Part shown: positions 56,741 to 64,000 of the stretch, one piece after another
How the letters are laid out: each line of letters begins with the position of its first letter
Position numbering within the stretch: position 1 is the first letter of the stretch
Source of the DNA: Candidatus Latescibacterota bacterium
Lineage (GTDB): Bacteria; Latescibacterota; UBA2968; UBA8231
Assembly (NCBI GenBank): GCA_965204725.1
Contig: OZ242005.1
Location: forward strand, 4,160,001-4,224,000
Direction: 5' to 3'
DNA: 64,000 nucleotides
Notes under the pieces: model-generated
What the model saw: the letters and a program-made list of their open reading frames with translations, nothing else
What the model was told of the DNA's origin: nothing
Databases searched by the model: none
Position numbers and translations under genes: made by a program

Positions 56741-57859
56741 ATGAACCAAAATGCCTATCGCCGCAAAATAGAAGAACTGCTCAAAGAGGCCGATGTGCGC
56801 ATCGGCGGAGATCGGCCTTGGGATGTAGCGGTTCACGACGACCGATTTTTCGCGCACGTGCTGGGCCACGGGTCGCTGGGCGCGGGCGAGTCGTACATGG
56901 ATGGGTGGTGGGACTGCCCGCAGCTAGACGAGCTTTGTGCGCGGGTCTTGCATGCCGAGCTGGACCAAAAGTTGCGCGGTCGGCACCTGTTTCTGCCCCA
57001 CCTCAAGGCGCGTCTGCTCAACCTGCAAACGCCCGCCCGCTCCTTCCAAGTCGGCCAGCATCACTACGACAAAGGGAACGATCTGTACCGAGCGATGCTC
57101 GACCAGCGCATGATCTATAGCTGCGGGTACTGGCGCAATGCCGCCAATTTAGACGAAGCGCAAGAAGCCAAGCTCGATTTGTGCTGCCGCAAGCTGGGGC
57201 TGGAGCCGGGGATGCGCCTGCTCGACATCGGCTGCGGCTGGGGAGGCACCCTGCGGTTTGCCGTCCAACGCTACGGCGTCAAAGGGGTGGGCGTCACCGT
57301 CTCTAAGGAGCAGGCAAAACTGGCTGAGGAGACGTGCCGCGGGCTGCCGGTGGAGATTCGCTTGCAGGACTACCGATCCTTAGATGAGCACTTCGACCGC
57401 GTCTTGTCGATCGGCATGTTCGAGCACGTGGGCGTCAAGAACTACTCAACCTTCATGCACACGGTCAAACGCTGCCTCGCCCCAGACGGGCGTTTTTTAT
57501 TGCACACCATTGGCCGCAACAGTTCGGCGGCCAGTAACGACCTTTGGATTGAGCACTACATCTTTCCCAACTCCGTGCTGCCGTCGGCCAAGCAGATTGC
57601 CACGGCGGCTGAGGGGTACTTCGTCTTAGAGGACTGGCACGCTTTCGGGCCGCATTACGACCGGACGCTGATGGCTTGGTATGACAACTTCAACGAGGCT
57701 TGGAGCGAGCTCAAGGCCCAGTACGATGACCGCTTCTACCGGATGTGGACGTTCTACTTGCTGACCTGTGCCGGCTCTTTTCGCGCCCGGTCGAACCAAC
57801 TCTGGCAAGTGCTCTTCTCGCCCAGCGGGATTAGAGGGTCTTACGAAGTACCGCGATAA
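56741..57859 (+). CDS. cfa: Cyclopropane fatty acyl phospholipid synthase
   Basis: LGAGESYMDGWW, HYDKGNDLY, YSCGYW, LDIGCGWGG, SIGMFEHVG..NY, YIFPN. Confidence 0.93.
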   Translation: MNQNAYRRKIEELLKEADVRIGGDRPWDVAVHDDRFFAHVLGHGSLGAGESYMDGWWDCPQLDELCARVLHAELDQKLRGRHLFLPHLKARLLNLQTPARSFQVGQHHYDKGNDLYRAMLDQRMIYSCGYWRNAANLDEAQEAKLDLCCRKLGLEPGMRLLDIGCGWGGTLRFAVQRYGVKGVGVTVSKEQAKLAEETCRGLPVEIRLQDYRSLDEHFDRVLSIGMFEHVGVKNYSTFMHTVKRCLAPDGRFLLHTIGRNSSAASNDLWIEHYIFPNSVLPSAKQIATAAEGYFVLEDWHAFGPHYDRTLMAWYDNFNEAWSELKAQYDDRFYRMWTFYLLTCAGSFRARSNQLWQVLFSPSGIRGSYEVPR

Positions 57860-57905
57860 AGGCGGTAACAATGCCCACAGAGACAAAACGTTCAGGAGGT
57901 CGATC

Positions 57906-58463
57906 TTGACTGAGGTCAAACACCTATCCATGGAAGCACTAACCGCCGGGCTAGACGACATTCGTCAGTCGCCCAAAGCCGTCGGCGTACTGGAACTCAT
58001 CGTGCGGCGGCCGCAGACGGAAATGCGAGAAGTCTTAGACGTGGGGGAACTCGATCTAGCCGAAGGGCTAGTGGGCGACAATTGGAAACGGCGCGGTAGC
58101 TCGACAACCGCAGATGGATCGGCGCACCCGGACATGCAACTCACGGTGACCAATGCCCGCTTAATGGCCCTAGTGGCCCAAGAGAGAAAGCATTGGCCTC
58201 TAGCAGGGGATCAGCTATACATTGACTTCGATCTGAGCGCGGATAACGCGCCTCCCGGGACTCGCCTGTCCATAGGCGCGGCCGTGATTCAAATCACGGC
58301 ACCACCACACACAGGTTGTAAAAAATTCGCGGCCCGCTTTGGGCTGGACGCCCTGAAATTTATCAGTTCTCCGGTGGGCAAACAGCTTCAGCTACGCGGG
58401 GTCAACGCCAAGATCATTCGCCGAGGCGTGATACGGGTTAAAGACGTCGTAAAAAAGCTGTGA
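57906..58463 (+). CDS. MOSC-domain protein
   Basis: AGGAGG RBS plus TTG; GLVGDNW, AGDQLYIDFDLS, PHTGCKKFAARFG, RGVNA. Confidence 0.8.
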   Translation: MTEVKHLSMEALTAGLDDIRQSPKAVGVLELIVRRPQTEMREVLDVGELDLAEGLVGDNWKRRGSSTTADGSAHPDMQLTVTNARLMALVAQERKHWPLAGDQLYIDFDLSADNAPPGTRLSIGAAVIQITAPPHTGCKKFAARFGLDALKFISSPVGKQLQLRGVNAKIIRRGVIRVKDVVKKL

Positions 58464-58527
58464 GCGTCCGTGCCTTTTTCCGGCTCATCCCGCCCTTATA
58501 AAACAGTTGAAGATGGGGCAAAAGTAG

Positions 58528-58830
58528 CTACCCCGGATAAGGTAGGTTAGGCTCTATCGCATCCCTAATCGCCTGTTGGACGCCTTCGATAAATACCCGG
58601 AAACTGTGAGACTTGTTCGAGTCCATCGACATCATTGGACCAATAGCCCTTGATCCCGAAATCTTCTGATAAGCGTCACGGGTGATCTTCTTCAACTCGA
58701 TAGCCGGATGGTGAATTCTATCGGGAACCCTGTACTTGCTCGCGTTCCCGTAACAGGGCAGTACGCGCGGAAGCAACCCCTTCAGCATTTCACGCGCCGA
58801 CGGTTCCTCTAAAAAGAACACCAAATTCAT
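58528..58830 (-). pseudogene. DUF4276-like (TOPRIM-like) protein with in-frame internal deletion
   Basis: N-terminus LVFFLEEPSAREMLKGLLPRVLP joins directly to the C-terminal YRVPD...YQKISGSRAIG..NKSHSFRVF; only 100 aa. Confidence 0.6.
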
Positions 58831-60017
58831 CCTCGCGGATCGGCTCCCTCAAAAAAACCTTGCTTCCATAGGTAGCCCATCTGATCGCCATCCTGCATAT
58901 AGGCCGCAATTTGCTCGTTCTCGCTCGCTCTTTTTAGGGTGGCGTAACCGCCTTCTTTTTGCAGCCAGAAAACCTCTTCCAACTCAGCACCATTGAGAAA
59001 GTCAGGGGAGTGTGTAGAGACAAAAACTTGGCCGCCGCGATGCGCGTAGGCGCGAAACTCCTCTACCAGTTCCAAGAGCAAGGTCGGATAGAGTTGGTTT
59101 TCCGGCTCTTCAACGCATAATAGCGGGTGTGGTTCGGGATCGTATAGAAGAACCAAGTAAGCCAGCATCTTGATCGTTCCATCGGAGACATAGCGGGCAA
59201 GGAACGGATCCTCAAAGGCACCGTCTTGGAACCTCAGTAAAATGCGGCCTTCCTCCGTCTGTTTGGATTCCACTTGGGTAATGCCCGGAACGCGCACTTT
59301 CAGCCTGTCCATAATCTCTGACAAAACCGCTGAATGGTTGTCGTGCAAGTATTCGATGACAAGTGAAAGATTCTCGCCTTCCCGCGACAGATGTTCCGCA
59401 TAGCCGGACTCTTGCTCGGACCGCGCCCGACTCACATGGAAGTCGGATACGTGCCAGCGCTCAATCAGATTGCCCAAGGCGACGACAGCGGGGAAGCGCT
59501 CAAATTGAGCCAAGCCCTTTATCGCCAGCAGGTCGGGCGACTTCAATGCCTGTTCTTCGCGTTTGAGTTGTGTTTCGTCCGTCACCTCCTCGGCTTCATT
59601 TGTTACGGCAAAACCTTTACCCTCTTTGAAGTCCAAGAAGTGCCAAGGCTTGCCGCGGCTGAATCTCCTATACCGCAAAATTTCGCGTTCGACGACCGGC
59701 TTGTTTCCAGCCCATCCGATTGACACCGAATAAGTCACCAGCGGACTCCCGGACTTCACGCGGTATTTGATCTCAATCTCGATCGGACCATTGGAATTTC
59801 GGCTCTTCACCTCGCTGAAGCCGCGGCTCCCCCCGAGCTTGGACAAGGCCGTTCTGATGTTCGAGTTCATGGCGTCGCGGAGAAACCCGAACACCGAGAA
59901 CAGAGTGGACTTGCCGGTGCCGTTCGCGCCGACGAGGATGGCGAGGCGAGGTATGTTGCGCATCTCCACATCCTTAAAGACGCGAAAGTTTTTTATCCGA
60001 ATTTGCTCAATCTGCAT
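58827..60017 (-). CDS. AAA_21/ABC-type ATPase (defence-associated type)
   Basis: IKNFRVF, VGANGTGKST, SDGT signature, VEEPENQLYP, STHSP. Confidence 0.88.
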   Translation of the reverse strand: MQIEQIRIKNFRVFKDVEMRNIPRLAILVGANGTGKSTLFSVFGFLRDAMNSNIRTALSKLGGSRGFSEVKSRNSNGPIEIEIKYRVKSGSPLVTYSVSIGWAGNKPVVEREILRYRRFSRGKPWHFLDFKEGKGFAVTNEAEEVTDETQLKREEQALKSPDLLAIKGLAQFERFPAVVALGNLIERWHVSDFHVSRARSEQESGYAEHLSREGENLSLVIEYLHDNHSAVLSEIMDRLKVRVPGITQVESKQTEEGRILLRFQDGAFEDPFLARYVSDGTIKMLAYLVLLYDPEPHPLLCVEEPENQLYPTLLLELVEEFRAYAHRGGQVFVSTHSPDFLNGAELEEVFWLQKEGGYATLKRASENEQIAAYMQDGDQMGYLWKQGFFEGADPRG

Positions 60018-60052
60018 GGGCTGTTACCGAGGGGGCTTCGGTCCTGCCAAGC

Positions 60053-61534
60053 TCAGTACGTCCACTGTCGTGGCAGCGGCCGCTCGCGCGCTAGCAGCCG
60101 TTCTAGCAGTCGCTTGCGAACCGCTTGCAAGCGAGTGGCGTATTCGCGGTCGCCCGCCACATTTTGGTAAGCCTGTGGGTCGCGCTCCAAGTCGAAGAGT
60201 GCCTCCGCTCCATCGGCATCCACCACGTAGCGCAACCCCTCCGTGCGCAGCGTTTTCCAGTGCCGCTTGGGCTGGGTCATTTCCGTGATGGCGCAACCGG
60301 GGCCGGCACCGACTAGCTGCCGGTGGGTGCGGAGACCTGCAACAGGGGTCATTTCCGTAATGGCGCAGCCGGGGCCGGCGCCTTCCTCGCAACGCAAGTC
60401 GGGCAGTAGGGAGCTGCCTTGCAAGGCAGCCGGCCGCTGAATTGCGGCAGCCTCCAGTAGCGTGGGCACCACGTCTAATGCCTCGACGATGCGGGAGCAG
60501 TGCCCACCAGCACTTGCCCCAGCGGGCCAGCGCATCAGCAGGGGAACGCGCGTGACCGCATCGTGCCCGGGGTAGCCCTTGCCATAGCGCAGGTGTTGGC
60601 CGAGCCACTCGCCGTGGTCGGACGTGAAGACGACGATGGTGTTGTCCGCAATGCCGAGGGCGTCGAGCCGGTCGAGGATGCGGCCGACGTGGTGATCAAC
60701 CTCGGATACCATGGCGTAATAGCCGTGGTGCGCGGACCGCAGTTCGTCGTCGGAAAAGTGCTGTGGCCCTCGGCGGGCGTCGAGGGCCGGGGGGAAGGAC
60801 GGCAGCGTCAGGGTCGCTGGATCATAGAGATCGAGGAACTCCTGCGGGGCCACCCACGGATCGTGCGGCGAGTAGAAGCCGGCGACGCAGAGGAAAGGGC
60901 CTCCCCTGTGGCGCGTCAAAAACTCCATGGTCTGCTCGGCGACAAACGCCGTGTGGGTCAGTTCACTGCGGCAGCGGCTGGCTAGGGCGCGCTTGACAAA
61001 ACGCTCTTCTGGATGCGCGATCCCGTCGCGGACATTCATAATTCGCTTCCACTCAATTGAACTGGGGGCCTCGCCGAGGCTGATGTAGTCGAGTTGCTCA
61101 GGAGCCTGCGCCGCCACCCAAGCGCGGTACGCATCGTGGTAGGAACCCGGCTCGTCCGAGATTTCCAAGTGATCGAATCCGTAGTCGGGATGAGGCTGGC
61201 GGTGGTCGCGGTTGGCGTGCGGCAGAAAGTGGAGCTTGCCAATCTGGCCGCTGTAATAGCCGTAGTTGCGCAACAAGCGCGGCAGGGTCGGCGCGTCCGC
61301 AGGCACGGGTACTCCCATGTGCGAAAGCCCTAGCGTGGATGGATACTGCCCCGTGAGAAAGCTCACGCGGCTGGGCATACAGACCGGATTCTGCACAAAG
61401 CAATGGTCGAAATTTACCCCGGCAGCAGCCAGCCGGTCCAAGTGCGGCGTCTGGATCTCGGCGTTGCCGTTGGCCCCGAGGGCGTCCCACCGCTGCTGGT
61501 CGGTGTAGAGTATGAGGATATTCGGTCGCTGCAT
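60053..61534 (-). CDS. Sulfatase (choline-sulfatase-like)
   Basis: PNILILYTDQQR, CMPSR.S.LTG, GKLH, FTSDHGE. Confidence 0.92.
   Translation of the reverse strand: MQRPNILILYTDQQRWDALGANGNAEIQTPHLDRLAAAGVNFDHCFVQNPVCMPSRVSFLTGQYPSTLGLSHMGVPVPADAPTLPRLLRNYGYYSGQIGKLHFLPHANRDHRQPHPDYGFDHLEISDEPGSYHDAYRAWVAAQAPEQLDYISLGEAPSSIEWKRIMNVRDGIAHPEERFVKRALASRCRSELTHTAFVAEQTMEFLTRHRGGPFLCVAGFYSPHDPWVAPQEFLDLYDPATLTLPSFPPALDARRGPQHFSDDELRSAHHGYYAMVSEVDHHVGRILDRLDALGIADNTIVVFTSDHGEWLGQHLRYGKGYPGHDAVTRVPLLMRWPAGASAGGHCSRIVEALDVVPTLLEAAAIQRPAALQGSSLLPDLRCEEGAGPGCAITEMTPVAGLRTHRQLVGAGPGCAITEMTQPKRHWKTLRTEGLRYVVDADGAEALFDLERDPQAYQNVAGDREYATRLQAVRKRLLERLLARERPLPRQWTY
60274..60382. repeat. 37-bp imperfect direct repeat (72-bp period) within the sulfatase
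   Basis: GAGPGCAITEMT encoded twice; three mismatches between copies. Confidence 0.9.
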
Positions 61535-61727
61535 GGGTTGAGTGGAGTCCTTGGCGACGCCGAGCAGATGGGCTATGGCTCGGTCTGGGGTAATGTCTGC
61601 TTGGTACGCCCGGATTTGCGCCGACCCCTAAACAGAAAGCACAGCGGAAAGTCTGGGCCGATGAGCGGATTCAGCGGAAACCAAAGCAGGGCGTGGACGA
61701 CCTTGATTATTTTGTACAGGACGCTTC

Positions 61728-62354
61728 TCATGGTTTTTCTGCCTCGGCGAAGAGTTGATCGGTTACCGCTGCCATTAGCTCTGGGCCGTCGCTCCGGCGG
61801 AAAAGGAACCGCACCTTGCCCTGCTGATCAATCAGGTAGGTATAAGTCGAGTGATCCACCAAGTAGGCCGCCTGCTCCGCTCCGAGGGAGTAATGAGCGC
61901 CATACTGGCGAACCACTTGGTCAATTTCTTCCTTGTTGCCGCGCAGGCCAATCGCATCAATGGCGAAGTAGTCGAGATATTCCGCCAGCTTCTCCTGAGT
62001 ATCGCGCTTGGGGTCCACGGTGACGAATAGGGTCGTCAGCTCCTGCTGGTGCTCGTCTAGGAGCTGATAGACGCGGCCCATCTTCGATAGGGTCACTGGG
62101 CAGATGTCGGGGCAATAGGTGTACCCGAAGAAGAGCATGGCGGCTTGGCCGCGCAAACTTTGCAACTCAAAGGGGGTGCCGTGCTGATCGACGAGCGCGA
62201 AGTCGCCGCCAATGCCGCCAAAATCCTGCAAGGGGGGGACCTCCACAAGAGCGGGGGGTTCGGCGACCGGGGCCTTGTGGGCCTCTGGCTGAGCACGGCA
62301 TGCTCCGAGCAGCGCGAAAACCGCGCAAAAGACCAGCGCGTCAGTCGCCCTCAT
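61728..62354 (-). CDS. SCO1/SenC family copper-binding lipoprotein
   Basis: Lipobox LLGAC; FGYTYCPDICP (CxxxC), TVDPKRD, VDHS. Confidence 0.92.
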   Translation of the reverse strand: MRATDALVFCAVFALLGACRAQPEAHKAPVAEPPALVEVPPLQDFGGIGGDFALVDQHGTPFELQSLRGQAAMLFFGYTYCPDICPVTLSKMGRVYQLLDEHQQELTTLFVTVDPKRDTQEKLAEYLDYFAIDAIGLRGNKEEIDQVVRQYGAHYSLGAEQAAYLVDHSTYTYLIDQQGKVRFLFRRSDGPELMAAVTDQLFAEAEKP

Positions 62355-62796
62355 AAAGCCCTTTCTTCCGCACCGGCACCTGTATGCGTTTTTCCGTTCC
62401 ATTGCCAAAGCGCAGTAGCAACTCTACCTCATCGCCGTCCCGTAGCGGCCGACGCAGTTCCATCAGCATCAAATGGGCACCGCCCGGCTTCAGTGCAACC
62501 TCCTCGCCCGCTGGAACCTGTAGCTCTCCGACTTGGCGCATCGTCATCCGGTCGTCTTTGTGTTCCATTATGTGTATCTCGGTTTGCGCGGCGGCCTCGG
62601 TCGTCAAAGCGACCAACGTGACGGGCTCGCCGCCTCGGTTTTCAATGACCAAGTAACCAGCGGCTGGGCTGCGCGGCGGAGGCTCGCGGATCCAGGCGTC
62701 GCGCACGACGATGGGATCGCCGGTGTGCTCTGGGCCGCATCCGACGACCATGAGCAAAAGCGCAGAGACGGTTTTCACCAAAGCGTTCCCTTTCAC
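62341..62796 (-). CDS. Copper chaperone PCu(A)C
   Basis: DAWIRE, AAGYL.IEN, EIHIM...MTMR...LKPGGAHLMLM. Confidence 0.9.
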   Translation of the reverse strand: MKGNALVKTVSALLLMVVGCGPEHTGDPIVVRDAWIREPPPRSPAAGYLVIENRGGEPVTLVALTTEAAAQTEIHIMEHKDDRMTMRQVGELQVPAGEEVALKPGGAHLMLMELRRPLRDGDEVELLLRFGNGTEKRIQVPVRKKGLYEGD

Positions 62797-64000
62797 GCTG
62801 GGGGCGGGATCAGGTACTCGCCCTCGCGGATCCCATAGCTTTCCCCGAGCGCGGGGAAGTCAACCCCCGCTCGGCCATTCCAATCCCAGACCACTTCGCC
62901 ATCCTTGACGGTTAGTTCGCAAAACAGCCGCTTGTGGCCTTCCAACCGGCCGCCGAAAGAATCGGCGTAGCCAAAATCCCCCTCCATCTGCTTCAGGGCC
63001 GTCACATCAGCCACGGCCCCCACCGACAGGTGCCCCAACTCGGGGTGGCCGATCTCCCGTGCTGGGTTGATGGTTGAGGCGCGGACGACATCGCCGAGCG
63101 GCATGCCCATCACCAGAAACTTCGACATGGTGGTCGCCATGTCGAGCATACCCATATTCATGCAGAGGGCGTGCAGGTCGGTCGAGATCGAATCTGGATA
63201 GAAGCCTTGGGCAATAGCAGGGACCGCGTTGCGGAAACAGAAACTGCCGGCACCGTGGCCCACGTCCAGGACGATGCCCCGTGCCCGGGCCTCGTGCAAG
63301 TAGGACAGCACCTTGCCCTGTGAGTCAAACCACGGCGTCGGCCCGCGGAAGATGTGAGTGCTTATGTCGCCCGGGCGCAGTTTTTCGCCCAAGAGTTGGT
63401 AGTAAGGGCGTTCCTTTCTGAAGTAGCCGAAGTCAATCATCACCCGCGTCGCGGCCTTTTCGGCGGCCGCGAGCGTACGATTGACCGAAACCCATTCGGG
63501 GCCTATGTAGTGCGCCGTCTTGATGCCGACGACTACGTCCTCGTTTTCTCGCGCCACGCCCGCGGTCTTGTCGGGGTCCATGTCGTACGGATTCTGCTCG
63601 TGGTCAGTTGAAGTCATCCCGGTGCCGGCGATATTGACCAGCGCGAAGAGCCGCGTCTGGCAGCGGTCGATTACCCGGTAGCGAAAGTCCTCAAAGTTGC
63701 GCCAGCCCGCGCTCCCGGTATCGACCAGCGTCGTCACTCCGGTGCGAAAACTAAAGCCATCGGGCAGGATGCTGTTGTCGCCAGCCCACGTGTTGCGGTG
63801 CCCGGCCGTGGCATAGGCGTGGATGTGAATATCCACTAGCCCCGGCGTCACGTAGAGTCCGCTCACGTCAATGACCTGCCCGGCCCCCTCAGTCGGCAAC
63901 GCTGCATCTACGGCCGCGACCACCTTCCCCTTGATGCCGATGTCCTTGGGCGCGTCAATGCCGTTTTGGGGGTCAATCAGATGCCCGCCCTTGAGTACCA
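62793..64000 (-). CDS. Amidohydrolase/deacetylase family metallohydrolase (dihydroorotase-like), 5' end outside the window
   Basis: LKGGHLIDP, PGLVDIHIH, GVTTLVDTGS, DVGHGAGSF, ISTDLH. Confidence 0.9.
   Translation of the reverse strand, partial: VLKGGHLIDPQNGIDAPKDIGIKGKVVAAVDAALPTEGAGQVIDVSGLYVTPGLVDIHIHAYATAGHRNTWAGDNSILPDGFSFRTGVTTLVDTGSAGWRNFEDFRYRVIDRCQTRLFALVNIAGTGMTSTDHEQNPYDMDPDKTAGVARENEDVVVGIKTAHYIGPEWVSVNRTLAAAEKAATRVMIDFGYFRKERPYYQLLGEKLRPGDISTHIFRGPTPWFDSQGKVLSYLHEARARGIVLDVGHGAGSFCFRNAVPAIAQGFYPDSISTDLHALCMNMGMLDMATTMSKFLVMGMPLGDVVRASTINPAREIGHPELGHLSVGAVADVTALKQMEGDFGYADSFGGRLEGHKRLFCELTVKDGEVVWDWNGRAGVDFPALGESYGIREGEYLIPPPA

Noticed and set aside
58546-58552. GCCTAAC (attC R''-like) on the minus strand near the DUF4276 end
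   Set aside because: No matching L boxes or downstream GTTRRRY
61535-61727. VLGDAEQMGYGSVWG, resembling an LLM-oxidoreductase fragment
   Set aside because: Too short to distinguish from chance
1-64000. CRISPR array, tRNA, rRNA, prophage, integrase
   Set aside because: No regularly spaced repeats, cloverleaf or rRNA-like segments, phage genes or recombinase motifs were seen; intergenic gaps are short

Overview
A 64-kb window from a GC-rich bacterium. The gene content (PhyH dioxygenases, sulfatases, ASPIC/UnbV, TPR, PQQ and ankyrin proteins, FlgD-Ig proteins, a C-terminal WGxIK motif) suggests a Latescibacterota/Gemmatimonadota/Poribacteria-like, possibly sponge-associated lineage; this is inference. 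The main candidate for an undescribed system is a ~15-kb co-oriented minus-strand operon (5039-20000). It encodes a CBM9/DOMON-like protein with a WGRIK tail, three paralogous secreted proteins ending in a PNGDxIND FlgD-Ig/T9SS-type-B-like domain, two paralogous ~930-aa predicted beta-barrel proteins with conserved acidic Ca-binding-like loops, and a SurA/PpiC foldase. Other notable items: tandem PQQ-dehydrogenase-ankyrin fusions; an integrase-less AT-rich island bounded by a ~47-bp duplication of a phyH 3' end, carrying an ABC exporter pair with one gene broken by two IS5 elements; a type II R-M pair; HicA-like and AbiE toxin-antitoxin modules; AAA-nuclease genes; several internally collapsed pseudogenes; MITEs; and an apparent host-wide depletion of CCWGG with excess CTAGG/CTTGG. 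No rRNA, tRNA, CRISPR array or reverse transcriptase was seen. All product calls come from motif recognition by eye, not database searches.
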